From: a virus
Lineage: Duplodnaviria; Caudoviricetes
Direction: 5' to 3' (one strand)
Length of the DNA stretch: 64,000 nt
Virus record (IMG/VR): IMGVR_UViG_3300021540_000004
Coordinates: 1-64,000 of that record
Below are positions 37,582 through 46,996 of the stretch, one piece after another. The stretch's first letter is position 1; the number at the start of each line of letters is the position of its first letter. Below the pieces are notes generated by a model. The model was not told the DNA's origin. It made no database searches and saw only the letters and a list, made by a program, of their open reading frames with translations. Both the position numbers and the translations under genes were made by a program.

Positions 37582-37600
37582 ACGAAAAAAACACCCCCTA

Positions 37601-37858
37601 TTAAATTAATTTAGTTTGAATATTGTCAAATGTATCAATAACCCATTCTCCTTTAAAGTCTTTGTCTTCAGGTTCATAGCATATTAAATCATAGCCTAAT
37701 TCATTTAATTTATCCAGTAGTAATTGCTGTTTTAACTCATATTCATTGAGTAGGTCTACTGGGAATTTTCCTATTTTTTTGTCTTCTTTATCGTCTTTTA
37801 TATGGACTGTATCGTGTGTTTTTCCATATACTAAACGATACCTGTTTTCTTCATACAT
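37601..37858 (-). CDS. Small LN-family protein with C-terminal QTKLI
   Basis: MYEENRY...VDLLNEY resembles 20015-20320; ends DNIQTKLI. Confidence 0.6.
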   Translation of the reverse strand: MYEENRYRLVYGKTHDTVHIKDDKEDKKIGKFPVDLLNEYELKQQLLLDKLNELGYDLICYEPEDKDFKGEWVIDTFDNIQTKLI

Positions 37859-38027
37859 TATTTATCCTCCATTTTCTCTTTTTTTAAAGTATTCACAACA
37901 GTCTCCAAGTCTGTGAACATAATAGTTATGATGATAGCAGAATCCTTGATATTCACGTGGTCTTAACCATTGGTAATGTTTACATTCAAAATGTCTACAA
38001 TTCATTCTTATAACACCTCATTTTATA

Positions 38028-39590
38028 TTAGGGGTATATTTTATCTGCTTCCTCTTTGATACCAGGGAATTTTTCCTCGTTCCAGTTTACATCAATTAAT
38101 TGGTCTCTTATGTATTCTGCTTTTTCTTTATTTTGATAGGTTCCGAAGTTATTCATGCGTTTATCTTTTCCTTTATGTCTTACGGAATAGCTAATTACTT
38201 TTCCTTTATATTTATTTTCGTAAACCCATCTTTTGCTGCCGACAATACTTTGGAAACCTATTAATTCATGTATTTTTTTAAGTCTTTTTTTATCCCAATC
38301 ACATTCTTTTAATTTTTTAACAACTTTTTTAGCTGTTTTTTTATTTGGGTAACTACCATAGTATACTCCTTTACGTGCAATTATGTATGGGCTGGGTCTG
38401 CCATCTGTTCTGAAATGAATATAATTTCCATCACTATAATGTACACTTAAATCCGGTGTGAAAACACGTTCTATTTCTAATAATTCTAATGGGTCTTCAC
38501 CAGACCAGCATATGTTTTTGAAATCCTTCCAGCTAATATTATATCTTTTAAGGTAATTTCTAATTGATTGTTCATTAATACCCATTAATTCAGATAGTTC
38601 TTTTTGAGTGTTAACTCCCTCCAGTATTAATTCTTTCATTCTTGTGAGTTCATCTTCATAAGTTTTAAGTGGAACATTATGTAAAATAGTTCTTTCTGGA
38701 TATGGAGGTAATTCCATATTGTAATATGGGTTATTATCATCGTTAGCACAATAGACAATTGTTTCTATATCAAAATCATATTTAACATATAAATCACGTT
38801 CCCATAACGCATCTTCTAAATTACTAAAAACTAATGTTGTTATTTTGCCTTCATTGTTGGTTGGTGTTAATACGAATGCCCATTTACCATCATGTGATCC
38901 ATTCTTTAAATGTGGTCTGACATAACGATAGAATCCTACTAGCCAGGTATACCATTTAGGATAATCGTTTAATATTTCAGGTATTTTATTTTTATCCCAG
39001 TTACATTCTTGTAGTCTTTTTTTCACGTAATAAGCTTGTTCATATGTTCTGCATGCACAATAATACTTACTGCTGTATTTTACATGGTATGATTGTGGTC
39101 CTTTTTTAGTTATTGTTCCTTCAGCGTAATTGGAATCTTTTTCTTTTTTAACTAATCTTTCAGGTACTGGATAATCTAAACCATCTTCTAAATAAGGGTT
39201 ATCTGTAATTAAATCATATAATTTAATATTTAATTTAACATCCCAATTATTATGTTTAACAATGTCTCTCCATAATAAAGCTTCTTCTAGTGTGTTGCAT
39301 CTTCCGAAATATGTGTTTTTCCCGTTTATTCTTTTGATTATAATATATTGGGAATTTTTAACTAATGTAATGTGTTTATAGTATTCTTTTTCGTAGTCAA
39401 CTTCTAATGTTTTTATCCAATCATGTTCTATTAACCAGTCTCTTTTGTTGACTGCATCTTGGAAATTATCATATTGTCCGAAATATTCTCGTTTACCATT
39501 TATATTTTTGAAAATACGATATTTTCCATCATATTTGTTTATGTATTTACCATACTGTTTTTCATAACTATTTTTACTTCCAATGCTCAT
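38028..39590 (-). CDS. Multi-AP2-like-repeat DNA-binding protein with central HTH (paralog of 29554-31155)
   Basis: Six repeats; shared YDLITDNPY...GL.YP.PE.L, KKGP.SY.V.Y, ERDLY.KYD and NPY.NMELP.YP.R blocks; HTH TQKELSELMGINEQSIRNYL. Confidence 0.7.
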   Translation of the reverse strand: MSIGSKNSYEKQYGKYINKYDGKYRIFKNINGKREYFGQYDNFQDAVNKRDWLIEHDWIKTLEVDYEKEYYKHITLVKNSQYIIIKRINGKNTYFGRCNTLEEALLWRDIVKHNNWDVKLNIKLYDLITDNPYLEDGLDYPVPERLVKKEKDSNYAEGTITKKGPQSYHVKYSSKYYCACRTYEQAYYVKKRLQECNWDKNKIPEILNDYPKWYTWLVGFYRYVRPHLKNGSHDGKWAFVLTPTNNEGKITTLVFSNLEDALWERDLYVKYDFDIETIVYCANDDNNPYYNMELPPYPERTILHNVPLKTYEDELTRMKELILEGVNTQKELSELMGINEQSIRNYLKRYNISWKDFKNICWSGEDPLELLEIERVFTPDLSVHYSDGNYIHFRTDGRPSPYIIARKGVYYGSYPNKKTAKKVVKKLKECDWDKKRLKKIHELIGFQSIVGSKRWVYENKYKGKVISYSVRHKGKDKRMNNFGTYQNKEKAEYIRDQLIDVNWNEEKFPGIKEEADKIYP

Positions 39591-39608
39591 ACGAAAAAAC
39601 ACTTCCTT

Positions 39609-40160
39609 TTATATTAGTTTTGTTTGTCCTGTTGCGTTTATATTGTTGAATACTTCTAAATCTAATTCTAATGATTCATCTAATGAAACTGTATCAACAT
39701 CTAACACAATATCCTCTGAATAAATATTATTATAATTATTATCCATTGTTTTTTCTTTTTCTAAACGATAATACGATGAGTTTATGATTTCTTTTTTTAG
39801 GTAGTATGTTTCTTCTGGTGTTGTATATCTCATTCCACGACATGGTGTGTTCAAAGCATAAGGATGATGTAATTTTATTGCATTATTGATACTGTATATG
39901 CTCATTAAATCATCATCTTCCAGGTTATTACATTTTACTGGTCCTAAGATATAATGGTCTTCACTAGTTAAGTTACGGTATAATACTATTTGGAAGTTGT
40001 TCTCTACTCCGATATGTGTTACACGGTCGTTTTTATCAACTACTGCTAATGCTACATAGTAACCGTAGCTCATGCTTAGTTTACGTATGTATCTCATATT
40101 TTTTTGTGGTTTGAATAATAATATTCGTTCAAAACCCGTGTTTAAATTATAATCAGTCAT
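39609..40160 (-). CDS. Hypothetical protein with C-terminal GQTKLI
   Basis: 183-aa ORF with acidic tail then QTKLI*. Confidence 0.6.
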   Translation of the reverse strand: MTDYNLNTGFERILLFKPQKNMRYIRKLSMSYGYYVALAVVDKNDRVTHIGVENNFQIVLYRNLTSEDHYILGPVKCNNLEDDDLMSIYSINNAIKLHHPYALNTPCRGMRYTTPEETYYLKKEIINSSYYRLEKEKTMDNNYNNIYSEDIVLDVDTVSLDESLELDLEVFNNINATGQTKLI

Positions 40161-40741
40161 ACTATTTCACCATTCAATCTTAGTGTATTAACATCAAATA
40201 TGTCTTCACCATAACCTTTTAGATTATATTTACTATGTATTATTTCGTTATCATGGAATAATTTAAAATAAGAACCGGATTTCATGTTTTCTGTACTATA
40301 GTATGTCCATGTTATATTTAGTTCTGGATGCATTTGGAATAGTTTTAATATTACTGGTTCCGGTTGATACCATGCTGTATCAAATACTATTATTAATGGG
40401 GTGGATACTCCAATATTTTCCTCTAATATTTTTTCATGGTCAAATAATTGTAATCCACAGGAGTTCCATTTTGTGTTCCAGAAATCTTTTCTCCATTCAT
40501 ACCAGTTGAACCAATCATTTTCACTGTCTGGTGGGTGTAATGATGCTTTATTATTTAATGCATTACTATGATAGTTTAGATTATATTTTTTAGGACAGTT
40601 TTTTTCTGTTTCTGGTTCTGGTATTATTGTATTAAAATCAAAAATGTTATCCTGCACATGTTTTTCTAAAAAGTTTATTATTTCAGTATTATCTCTTTTC
40701 TCTGAGTATATTTCTATTATATTTTTAACATAATTTGGCAT
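40157..40741 (-). CDS. YubB/DUF1281 ferredoxin-like family protein
   Basis: MPNY..N, FDFN.IIP.P, WYEWR...WNTKWN, FDTAW..P.P. Confidence 0.75.
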   Translation of the reverse strand: MPNYVKNIIEIYSEKRDNTEIINFLEKHVQDNIFDFNTIIPEPETEKNCPKKYNLNYHSNALNNKASLHPPDSENDWFNWYEWRKDFWNTKWNSCGLQLFDHEKILEENIGVSTPLIIVFDTAWYQPEPVILKLFQMHPELNITWTYYSTENMKSGSYFKLFHDNEIIHSKYNLKGYGEDIFDVNTLRLNGEIV

Positions 40742-40769
40742 TTTATCATTAACCCTCCCCTAGTTTTTT

Positions 40770-41186
40770 TTATGGGAATAACTCCATTGCTTTTAACTGG
40801 ATATTTTTTAGGCATTTACGATTCCAGTTAACTTTTTTTAGTTCGTATACTACATATTGTGCTTCTTCTTCGGAGTTGTATGTTCCGAAGTGTTTTTGTT
40901 TTCTACTTTTGGTTAATGGTGAGTAAACAACCCAGTAACCTCCTTTTTTGTTGAAATGATAATATTTTGGTGCATTATCTGTTTCTTGTTTTTTTGTTTG
41001 TTTTTCGGGTTTTCTTGGTGTTATTAATCCATCATCCACTGCATGTTTGTAGAATGTGCTGCATTTATTCAAGCTGATTTGTAGTTTTTCAGCTATTTTT
41101 CGGATAGTCATTCCTTCTCGATAAAGGTCGATGTACTCATTGTATTTGTCTTCCACTATTTTAAATTCAAGCATATTTAACTTCAC
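40770..41186 (-). CDS. HTH plus AP2-like DNA-binding protein
   Basis: GMTIRKIAEKLQIS HTH; HFGTYNSEEEA...LKKVNWN. Confidence 0.7.
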   Translation of the reverse strand: MKLNMLEFKIVEDKYNEYIDLYREGMTIRKIAEKLQISLNKCSTFYKHAVDDGLITPRKPEKQTKKQETDNAPKYYHFNKKGGYWVVYSPLTKSRKQKHFGTYNSEEEAQYVVYELKKVNWNRKCLKNIQLKAMELFP

Positions 41187-41198
41187 CCACTATTTTTT

Positions 41199-41957
41199 TT
41201 AGATTAGTGTTGTTTGTCCATTAGTGTTTTTAATAATATTTTCCTTAATGGATTCATCAACTTTATTTTCATTAGTGTCATTTAATGATGGATTGTTTTG
41301 TTTTACTCCGATGAAGTTATGTGCTTCATGTATTGAATTAATCTCCTCTATATGTGGTAAGGGAATTCCATGAAGTAAATACCGGTTAACTCTCCAACCT
41401 TTATAGAAAGTTTCCTCTAATGTATTCATATGTAAAATACTGCCCCGTACACCATGAATATAGAAATTTAGAACAGACATTTTACAGCTTGTTTCATCTA
41501 AATCTTGACCAATACAATATAGTTGGCCTTTACTATTACAATGTGATGCTAAAAGAAATCGTCCACTTCCGCAACAAGGATCATTAGCAAAACAATTATA
41601 ATATTCTTCAGGTTTTTTATTTATTACCATCTCACCCATTAATTCGGTTATGTGTTGAGGTGTGTAGTATTGTTGTAGGGTTTCCTGTTTTCCTTTTGAT
41701 TGTACATTATCCTCATATAAGTAACCTATTAAGTCGTAGTATGGTTTATCTTGTAATTCTTTGTTCATTTCGTTTATCCATTCGTTGAACATTTCAAAAT
41801 AAGTTTCTTCATTACCATAGAAGCTCTTAGGCGAATATTGGCTTGATGTTTGCATTAAATTTATATCAATGCAGTAATCTAGCCAGTTGTTCCAGATTAT
41901 GCTTCTATCATTGGTTCTTGAGAGTTCATCGAATAGTTCTTCAAATTTAGAACTCAT
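41199..41957 (-). CDS. Short N6-methyltransferase-family SAM-binding protein, C-terminal GQTTLI
   Basis: QYYTP, DPCCGSGRFLL, GQDLD; no NPP(Y/F) motif visible. Confidence 0.75.
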   Translation of the reverse strand: MSSKFEELFDELSRTNDRSIIWNNWLDYCIDINLMQTSSQYSPKSFYGNEETYFEMFNEWINEMNKELQDKPYYDLIGYLYEDNVQSKGKQETLQQYYTPQHITELMGEMVINKKPEEYYNCFANDPCCGSGRFLLASHCNSKGQLYCIGQDLDETSCKMSVLNFYIHGVRGSILHMNTLEETFYKGWRVNRYLLHGIPLPHIEEINSIHEAHNFIGVKQNNPSLNDTNENKVDESIKENIIKNTNGQTTLI

Positions 41958-41959
41958 AT

Positions 41960-42060
41960 TTTCTCACTTTTTCTCATTTTTTCTTTTGGGATTTTTTAGG
42001 AGTAAAAAATTGTACTCCCTTATATAATATTATGATATACTAATATATAAATATTTCCAT
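41960..42060 (-). promoter_or_regulatory. Conserved promoter with hairpin and CCCAAAAGAA leader driving the recombinase/MTase region
   Basis: ATGGAAATATTTATATA box; GGAGTA/TACTCC inverted repeat 41999-42018; leader motif 41981-41990. Confidence 0.7.
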
Positions 42061-42282
42061 CAAATTGGTGGTGAAAAAAACACTAACTCGACAAACGCTT
42101 AACAATCTTACGACTACCCAACCTAATCAAATCATTCAACTCAGCAATCTGATTAACATCAGGATCATCACTCAACACAACACTAATAGTACAATCACAC
42201 CAACCTAAACTAATCTTCTCCTCAACAATATTATCCATACAAAAAACACTCCTTACCTTTAATATTAAATAAAATAAATTTT

Positions 42283-43008
42283 TTAATTCAAACGCTCAAC
42301 AACATTCCAACGAAGCTGAAAACCCGTACCCTTCAAATACCTACGAACCTCAGACCTCGTATACTCCAAACTATAACCAAAACTATCAGCCAATTCCTCA
42401 ACATTCTTACCCGCTAAAAAATCAACACCACCACACTCATTAATCAACTTAAAAATAGGAGTCTCATGCTCCTTATACAACAACTTCTTCAAACTCAAAC
42501 CATTACGACGAAACACCTCATTCAAATAAGGATGTGGAACACCTAAACACTTAATAACCTCACTAAGACTATAACCATCACCTAATAATCGTTCAACATC
42601 ATCAATAATAACCTTATCATTACTAATAACACGATTACTACTACTAGTCTTATTATAACCAAGGTTCTTCCAAATAATATTATTCCTTTTAAAATACTCA
42701 GTTAAAGGAACACTACTCTTATAACCTAAATCCTCACCAATATCCTTTAAAGTATATCCCTGGTTTTTCATACGGATAATATAAGATAATCCTCCTTTAT
42801 CATAAATCAGCTGATTAATATTACGAACCTCTTCATTACATGGTAATTCAGACCAGGTTAAATCATATTTCTTAAGATAATTATAGATTATTTTAGGATT
42901 ACTATAACCTAATTCTTCAGCAGTTTCACGTTGAGTTTTACCCTCAGCACGAGATTGTTTAATAAACTCCAATCCCCCTGCATTATCAATTACATCACTA
43001 GAATTCAT
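42283..43008 (-). CDS. Multi-HTH repeat DNA-binding protein
   Basis: Repeated GG...G.T...(T/I)(A/G)E.LGY units. Confidence 0.65.
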   Translation of the reverse strand: MNSSDVIDNAGGLEFIKQSRAEGKTQRETAEELGYSNPKIIYNYLKKYDLTWSELPCNEEVRNINQLIYDKGGLSYIIRMKNQGYTLKDIGEDLGYKSSVPLTEYFKRNNIIWKNLGYNKTSSSNRVISNDKVIIDDVERLLGDGYSLSEVIKCLGVPHPYLNEVFRRNGLSLKKLLYKEHETPIFKLINECGGVDFLAGKNVEELADSFGYSLEYTRSEVRRYLKGTGFQLRWNVVERLN

Positions 43009-43356
43009 AAATACTACACCTCATCTCTTATGTTGGTTTCGTAGAATTTACATCTTGGATCCATTATCCTACCATCACCACATTTACCTTTCAAATGATT
43101 ATACCTGTTACAAGTATAACAATGTGGAGGTACTGTAATATCCTTATTAATCCATACATCATCAACATTTATATGTTCTTCGCCTTGCCATACCGGTTCC
43201 AGACTTAAATGAACTTTCTTCAATTCCGGTATATTACCATGTGCTCTTTCTTCAGTGTATCTTATTTTAAATATTCTACTATAATATGTTCCATCAGGTT
43301 CTATTATATCTACCAATGCATCTTCTGGTAGTTTACTTAATACTTCTTGTAATTTT

Positions 43357-43839
43357 TTATTTTTCACCTTGCAACTCCTCCCTTAAATATTCTGCATAAG
43401 TTTTACATTTCTCCATATCTTCATCAAGATTCTTACTATCGCATCTCACAGAATATTTAATAATATTACCTTTTAAAAATCCAATATATTCTTCTTGACT
43501 TAATAATCCCATCTTAAACGCTTCAATGGGACTTAAACCATTTTTATTATAATATTTTGGATTGTAAATATCATCAATTGTTTTAACTTTATTACCTTCA
43601 ACATTAATATCAATATTTTCTGAATTTAATATGTTAAAGTATGCTTCTTTTAAACATTCTTTTAAGGAGTTTTTATCAAATGTTACTTTATTATCTTCAG
43701 CATAAATTGTTGTTGATAAGTTTTCACTTAATACTTTAGCGATTTCTGATATTATAGCTAATTTAGTATTTCCTTCAAATGTTGAAGATTTAATAGTTAA
43801 TTTTCTTTGAGATGCTTCCCTATCAATTTGTAACGACAT
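43357..43839 (-). CDS. DUF3310 (T7 gp1.7-like nucleotide kinase family) domain protein
   Basis: NPKYY...IEAF...EEY.GFLKGNIIKY..R...K..Y. Confidence 0.7.
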   Translation of the reverse strand: MSLQIDREASQRKLTIKSSTFEGNTKLAIISEIAKVLSENLSTTIYAEDNKVTFDKNSLKECLKEAYFNILNSENIDINVEGNKVKTIDDIYNPKYYNKNGLSPIEAFKMGLLSQEEYIGFLKGNIIKYSVRCDSKNLDEDMEKCKTYAEYLREELQGEK

Positions 43840-43878
43840 AATTAACCTCCTCCTTAAAAAAAAATATTTTATCTTTTA

Positions 43879-44616
43879 TCACTCTGTTTCTTTATATAAT
43901 TTCCAGGCATCAGGAATATTTATCTCATAGACATGTGCACTTGTAGCATGATAATCTATACCTTTAAAATATACTTGTTTATTTAATTTATAACTATTAT
44001 ATTCCTCCATTAATTTTAAACCAAAATACGTTAAGAATAGCATATTACCATACCATGCACCATAAATATCATTGCTCCTGAACAGACAATGTAATATTAA
44101 TTCATTCTCATGTCTTATTGTTGCTTGCAAAAATTGTAAGCAAGGTATATCTTCAACACTATTATCTAAGAATGGATTGTATATTGTTGCAACAGCACGA
44201 TTAGTGTTACTATTATTATTTAACCTGTTAATCATAACATTAAATTGATTTATAACTGTTACTGGTTCAGTATCTAATGCTTTTTGTTTGAATATACGGT
44301 TAGGATAACTGTAAACAAAACTTTTATCACCAGTTAAATTTATCTGATCAGTATTGTCTACTGCTGTTGCATATTCCATTAATGCTTCACCTTTCAAACC
44401 ATAATTATTCAAGTCAAATCTTCCTTCTTTTAAAGATTTACGGTAGTATTCTAAACCAGTCATGTCATCTGGTTTTTCATACACTTCAGGGAAGGGATTA
44501 TTGATGAATATATGGTTTCCTAGGCTTTCTTGTATTTTACTATCATCTTTATTTGTTAGTTCACCATATACTAGTATGTTTTTTAGTATATGGTGTAATG
44601 CATTTATTATATGCAA
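43879..44616 (-). CDS. thyA: Thymidylate synthase family protein
   Basis: YSYPNR, NRAVA, DIPCLQ (catalytic Cys), FRSNDI..AW..N, SAHVY. Confidence 0.85.
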   Translation of the reverse strand: MHIINALHHILKNILVYGELTNKDDSKIQESLGNHIFINNPFPEVYEKPDDMTGLEYYRKSLKEGRFDLNNYGLKGEALMEYATAVDNTDQINLTGDKSFVYSYPNRIFKQKALDTEPVTVINQFNVMINRLNNNSNTNRAVATIYNPFLDNSVEDIPCLQFLQATIRHENELILHCLFRSNDIYGAWYGNMLFLTYFGLKLMEEYNSYKLNKQVYFKGIDYHATSAHVYEINIPDAWKLYKETE

Positions 44617-44617
44617 A

Positions 44618-44971
44618 TCATAAACCTCCTATTACTGGTATTAAATGTATGTTTTTTAATATTAGTTTGAAATCGTGAAATCCGTTTTCGAATACTATTA
44701 TTGGGAATGTTTTGCGTTTAACTATCATTATATTATATTTTATATGTAACATGTCAAGTACTGGTGTTATGTAGTGTACTTGTGTTTTATGGATTTCTAA
44801 TCCTTCTTTCCATACGCATTTTGTTATGTCGTATGGGTGTTCTTTTACAGGTACTGTTGTTGTGTTTGCAAAGTATCCCATTTGGTTTAAGGATGAGCTT
44901 AAACGGCCTCCGGTATTGTATAAATCCATGTTTTCTACAATGTTGTTTAGTTCTTGTTGCATTTGGGTCAT
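44618..44971 (-). CDS. Hypothetical protein
   Basis: Start reset to MTQMQ behind the AGGTGA SD; the upstream part of the listed ORF is the leader element. Confidence 0.55.
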   Translation of the reverse strand: MTQMQQELNNIVENMDLYNTGGRLSSSLNQMGYFANTTTVPVKEHPYDITKCVWKEGLEIHKTQVHYITPVLDMLHIKYNIMIVKRKTFPIIVFENGFHDFKLILKNIHLIPVIGGL

Positions 44972-44980
44972 AATCAATAT

Positions 44981-45075
44981 TCTCACCTTGGTTTTTTTCT
45001 TTTGGGGTTTTTTTAGGAGCATAATTATACTCCCTTATATAATATTATGATATACTAGTATATAAAAGTTTTCAT
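44981..45075 (-). promoter_or_regulatory. Conserved promoter with hairpin and CCCAAAAGAA leader
   Basis: Minus strand ATGAAAACTTTTATATACTAGT; GGAGTAT/ATGCTCC hairpin 45016-45033; leader motif 44997-45006. Confidence 0.7.
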
Positions 45076-45401
45076 AATATTTTGAATTGATACTGAAAAA
45101 CCACACTACCAAAACCAAAACCATCAAAACAAGACCTTAACTCATGCAAAAACAAATCACGATGAACATAACCCTCAGCACGAGCCATAAAAAAATCAAC
45201 ATCACTCAACTTGCAACTAACAACCTCCTCCACCTGACAAGTCAACCTACCACCCACACCATCAAAAACCATGACAAACCTATCACCACGCCTCAAACCA
45301 TTATCATCCAAAAGACTAAAAGCAACCTTACGCTTACTCAAAACAGGAGCCTTAAAATCCTTATGCAAAACAACCTTAATCATCCACATTCTCCAAGACA
45401 C
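45072..45401 (-). CDS. ASCH/PUA-like domain protein
   Basis: RK.AF...GD.F...V.EV...LSDV...ARAEGY...F..EL. Confidence 0.55.
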   Translation of the reverse strand: MSWRMWMIKVVLHKDFKAPVLSKRKVAFSLLDDNGLRRGDRFVMVFDGVGGRLTCQVEEVVSCKLSDVDFFMARAEGYVHRDLFLHELRSCFDGFGFGSVVFQYQFKIL

Positions 45402-45715
45402 TTAGCCATATAACCCTTAATAATCTTCAACTCATCCTCTAAAACACGACACTTATACGGGTCTGTTTCACTAATAAATAATTCAAAAGTAAACTTATAC
45501 CGTATAACTAACTCTTCAAAACTAGCACCCTCATGAATACTATCTTTACAATTAACACTAGTGAAATATTTAGAATTCACTTTTTCTACAAAAACATCAC
45601 AACGATTCTTAGGATAATACTCTTTATAAGGAATATTCTTTAATAATTCCAGGACATTCTTTTTTTCAAAAGCTTTTTTAATTTCTTCTTGATCAACCAT
45701 AACCTTTCACATTTT

Positions 45716-45812
45716 TTATATTAATGTTGTTTGAACAGATTCCTTTTTCTTTTTTACAGGAATTATTTCCAGTAATTCACCACCATATCCTTTAGGTGAA
45801 TGTATTACTTCA
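45716..45812 (-). pseudogene. 3' fragment of the gene interrupted by the IS605 element
   Basis: Reads EVIHSPKGYGGELLEIIPVKKKKESVQTTLI*; a candidate 5' fragment MIKCPDCNKNRLVV starts at 47177. Confidence 0.55.
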
Positions 45813-45847
45813 TTGAACTACTACGACCTAATAGAGGTCGTAGATTC

Positions 45848-46996
45848 CTAACTTCGAGATGAAAGGCAAACTCCGTCGTCCCAACGGTTTAAGATATTAA
45901 TAGCGGCATTAATATCCCTATCATGAGTATTTTGACACTTAGGACATGTCCATACTCTATGACTAGTAGTTAATTGATTAAAATATTCATGGCAAACACT
46001 ACATTCTTGACTAGTATATGCAGCATTAACTTCAACTAAACCAGTAGCTTCAGGTTTATACCAACTAAATTTATATTGAATCATATTTTTAAATCTATTT
46101 AATGGAAACCGAATATTTTGTTCACCTTTAGTTAAAGATTTAAGTATATTAACCCAATTATTTTCAATTACAATAGTATCACACTCTTTAACCAAATTAG
46201 TTGAAAGTTTTTGAGTAAAATCGTTTAATTTATTCTTGATTTTATCATACCACTTATTTAATCTTCTTTGATATTTTTTAAAGGCTTGACTTCCTTTCTT
46301 TTTAGTACTTAATGATTTATTCAATTGTTTAATCATTTGGATTTCATGATTAATATCAAATTTATATTTATCACCAGTATTACTAACAAGAAAACTATTC
46401 TTATTACTATTTAAGTCAAAACCTTTATTAATACCGGTTAATTCTAATTTATTAACAGGAGCTTCAATATTAACAATAGCAAAATATTTAAAATTATCAT
46501 AACTAATAGTTATATTGTTAATTTGAATATCTTCTGAATTAAGTAGATTAATATATTCTTTACTAGTTCTAAATCTAATCATACCATATTTTCTAAGCTT
46601 AAAATGAGTTCCTTGAACTAAATTATCCGTTACAGTTTGTCTAAAACTTAATCTAGTATTTTTTTTACTGTGAAATTTTGGAAATTTTGATTTAGGATTT
46701 TTAAAGAACATTTGATAGGATTTGAACAAATCACGGCTAGATTGTTGAAGACTAGTAGATTCAACTTCTTTCAAAAAATGAAATTCTACTTTAATTTCAT
46801 TTAAAAATGTATTGATTAATTTGATATTTAATTTATACATTCCTGAATACCTAGCATATAGATTGTTTAATCTATCTAATATTTGATTATATACTAATCT
46901 AGAACAACCAAAGTTTTGCTGAAAAAGTCTTTCCTGTTCCTTATTAGGATATATTCTAACCTTAATTCCTTTATTTACTATTTGCATATACTTCAC
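45848..46996 (-). CDS. tnpB: TnpB RNA-guided endonuclease
   Basis: KVRIYPN..Q, FGCSRLVYN, RuvC D (GFDLN), E (IVIEN), YTSQ.CSVC...CPKC, DRDINAAINI. Confidence 0.92.
   Translation of the reverse strand: MKYMQIVNKGIKVRIYPNKEQERLFQQNFGCSRLVYNQILDRLNNLYARYSGMYKLNIKLINTFLNEIKVEFHFLKEVESTSLQQSSRDLFKSYQMFFKNPKSKFPKFHSKKNTRLSFRQTVTDNLVQGTHFKLRKYGMIRFRTSKEYINLLNSEDIQINNITISYDNFKYFAIVNIEAPVNKLELTGINKGFDLNSNKNSFLVSNTGDKYKFDINHEIQMIKQLNKSLSTKKKGSQAFKKYQRRLNKWYDKIKNKLNDFTQKLSTNLVKECDTIVIENNWVNILKSLTKGEQNIRFPLNRFKNMIQYKFSWYKPEATGLVEVNAAYTSQECSVCHEYFNQLTTSHRVWTCPKCQNTHDRDINAAINILNRWDDGVCLSSRS

Noticed and set aside
29554-41957. Interpreting the cluster as a classical RIT element or hsdS shufflon
   Set aside because: It has four recombinases in two pairs rather than a trio; I saw no terminal inverted repeats or hsdS TRD cassettes next to it
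44972-45022. N-terminal extensions of ORFs 44618-45022, 60047-60256, 9972-10724, 38028-39602 and 54250-54795
   Set aside because: They translate the leader or SD motifs; the true starts are the downstream ATGs
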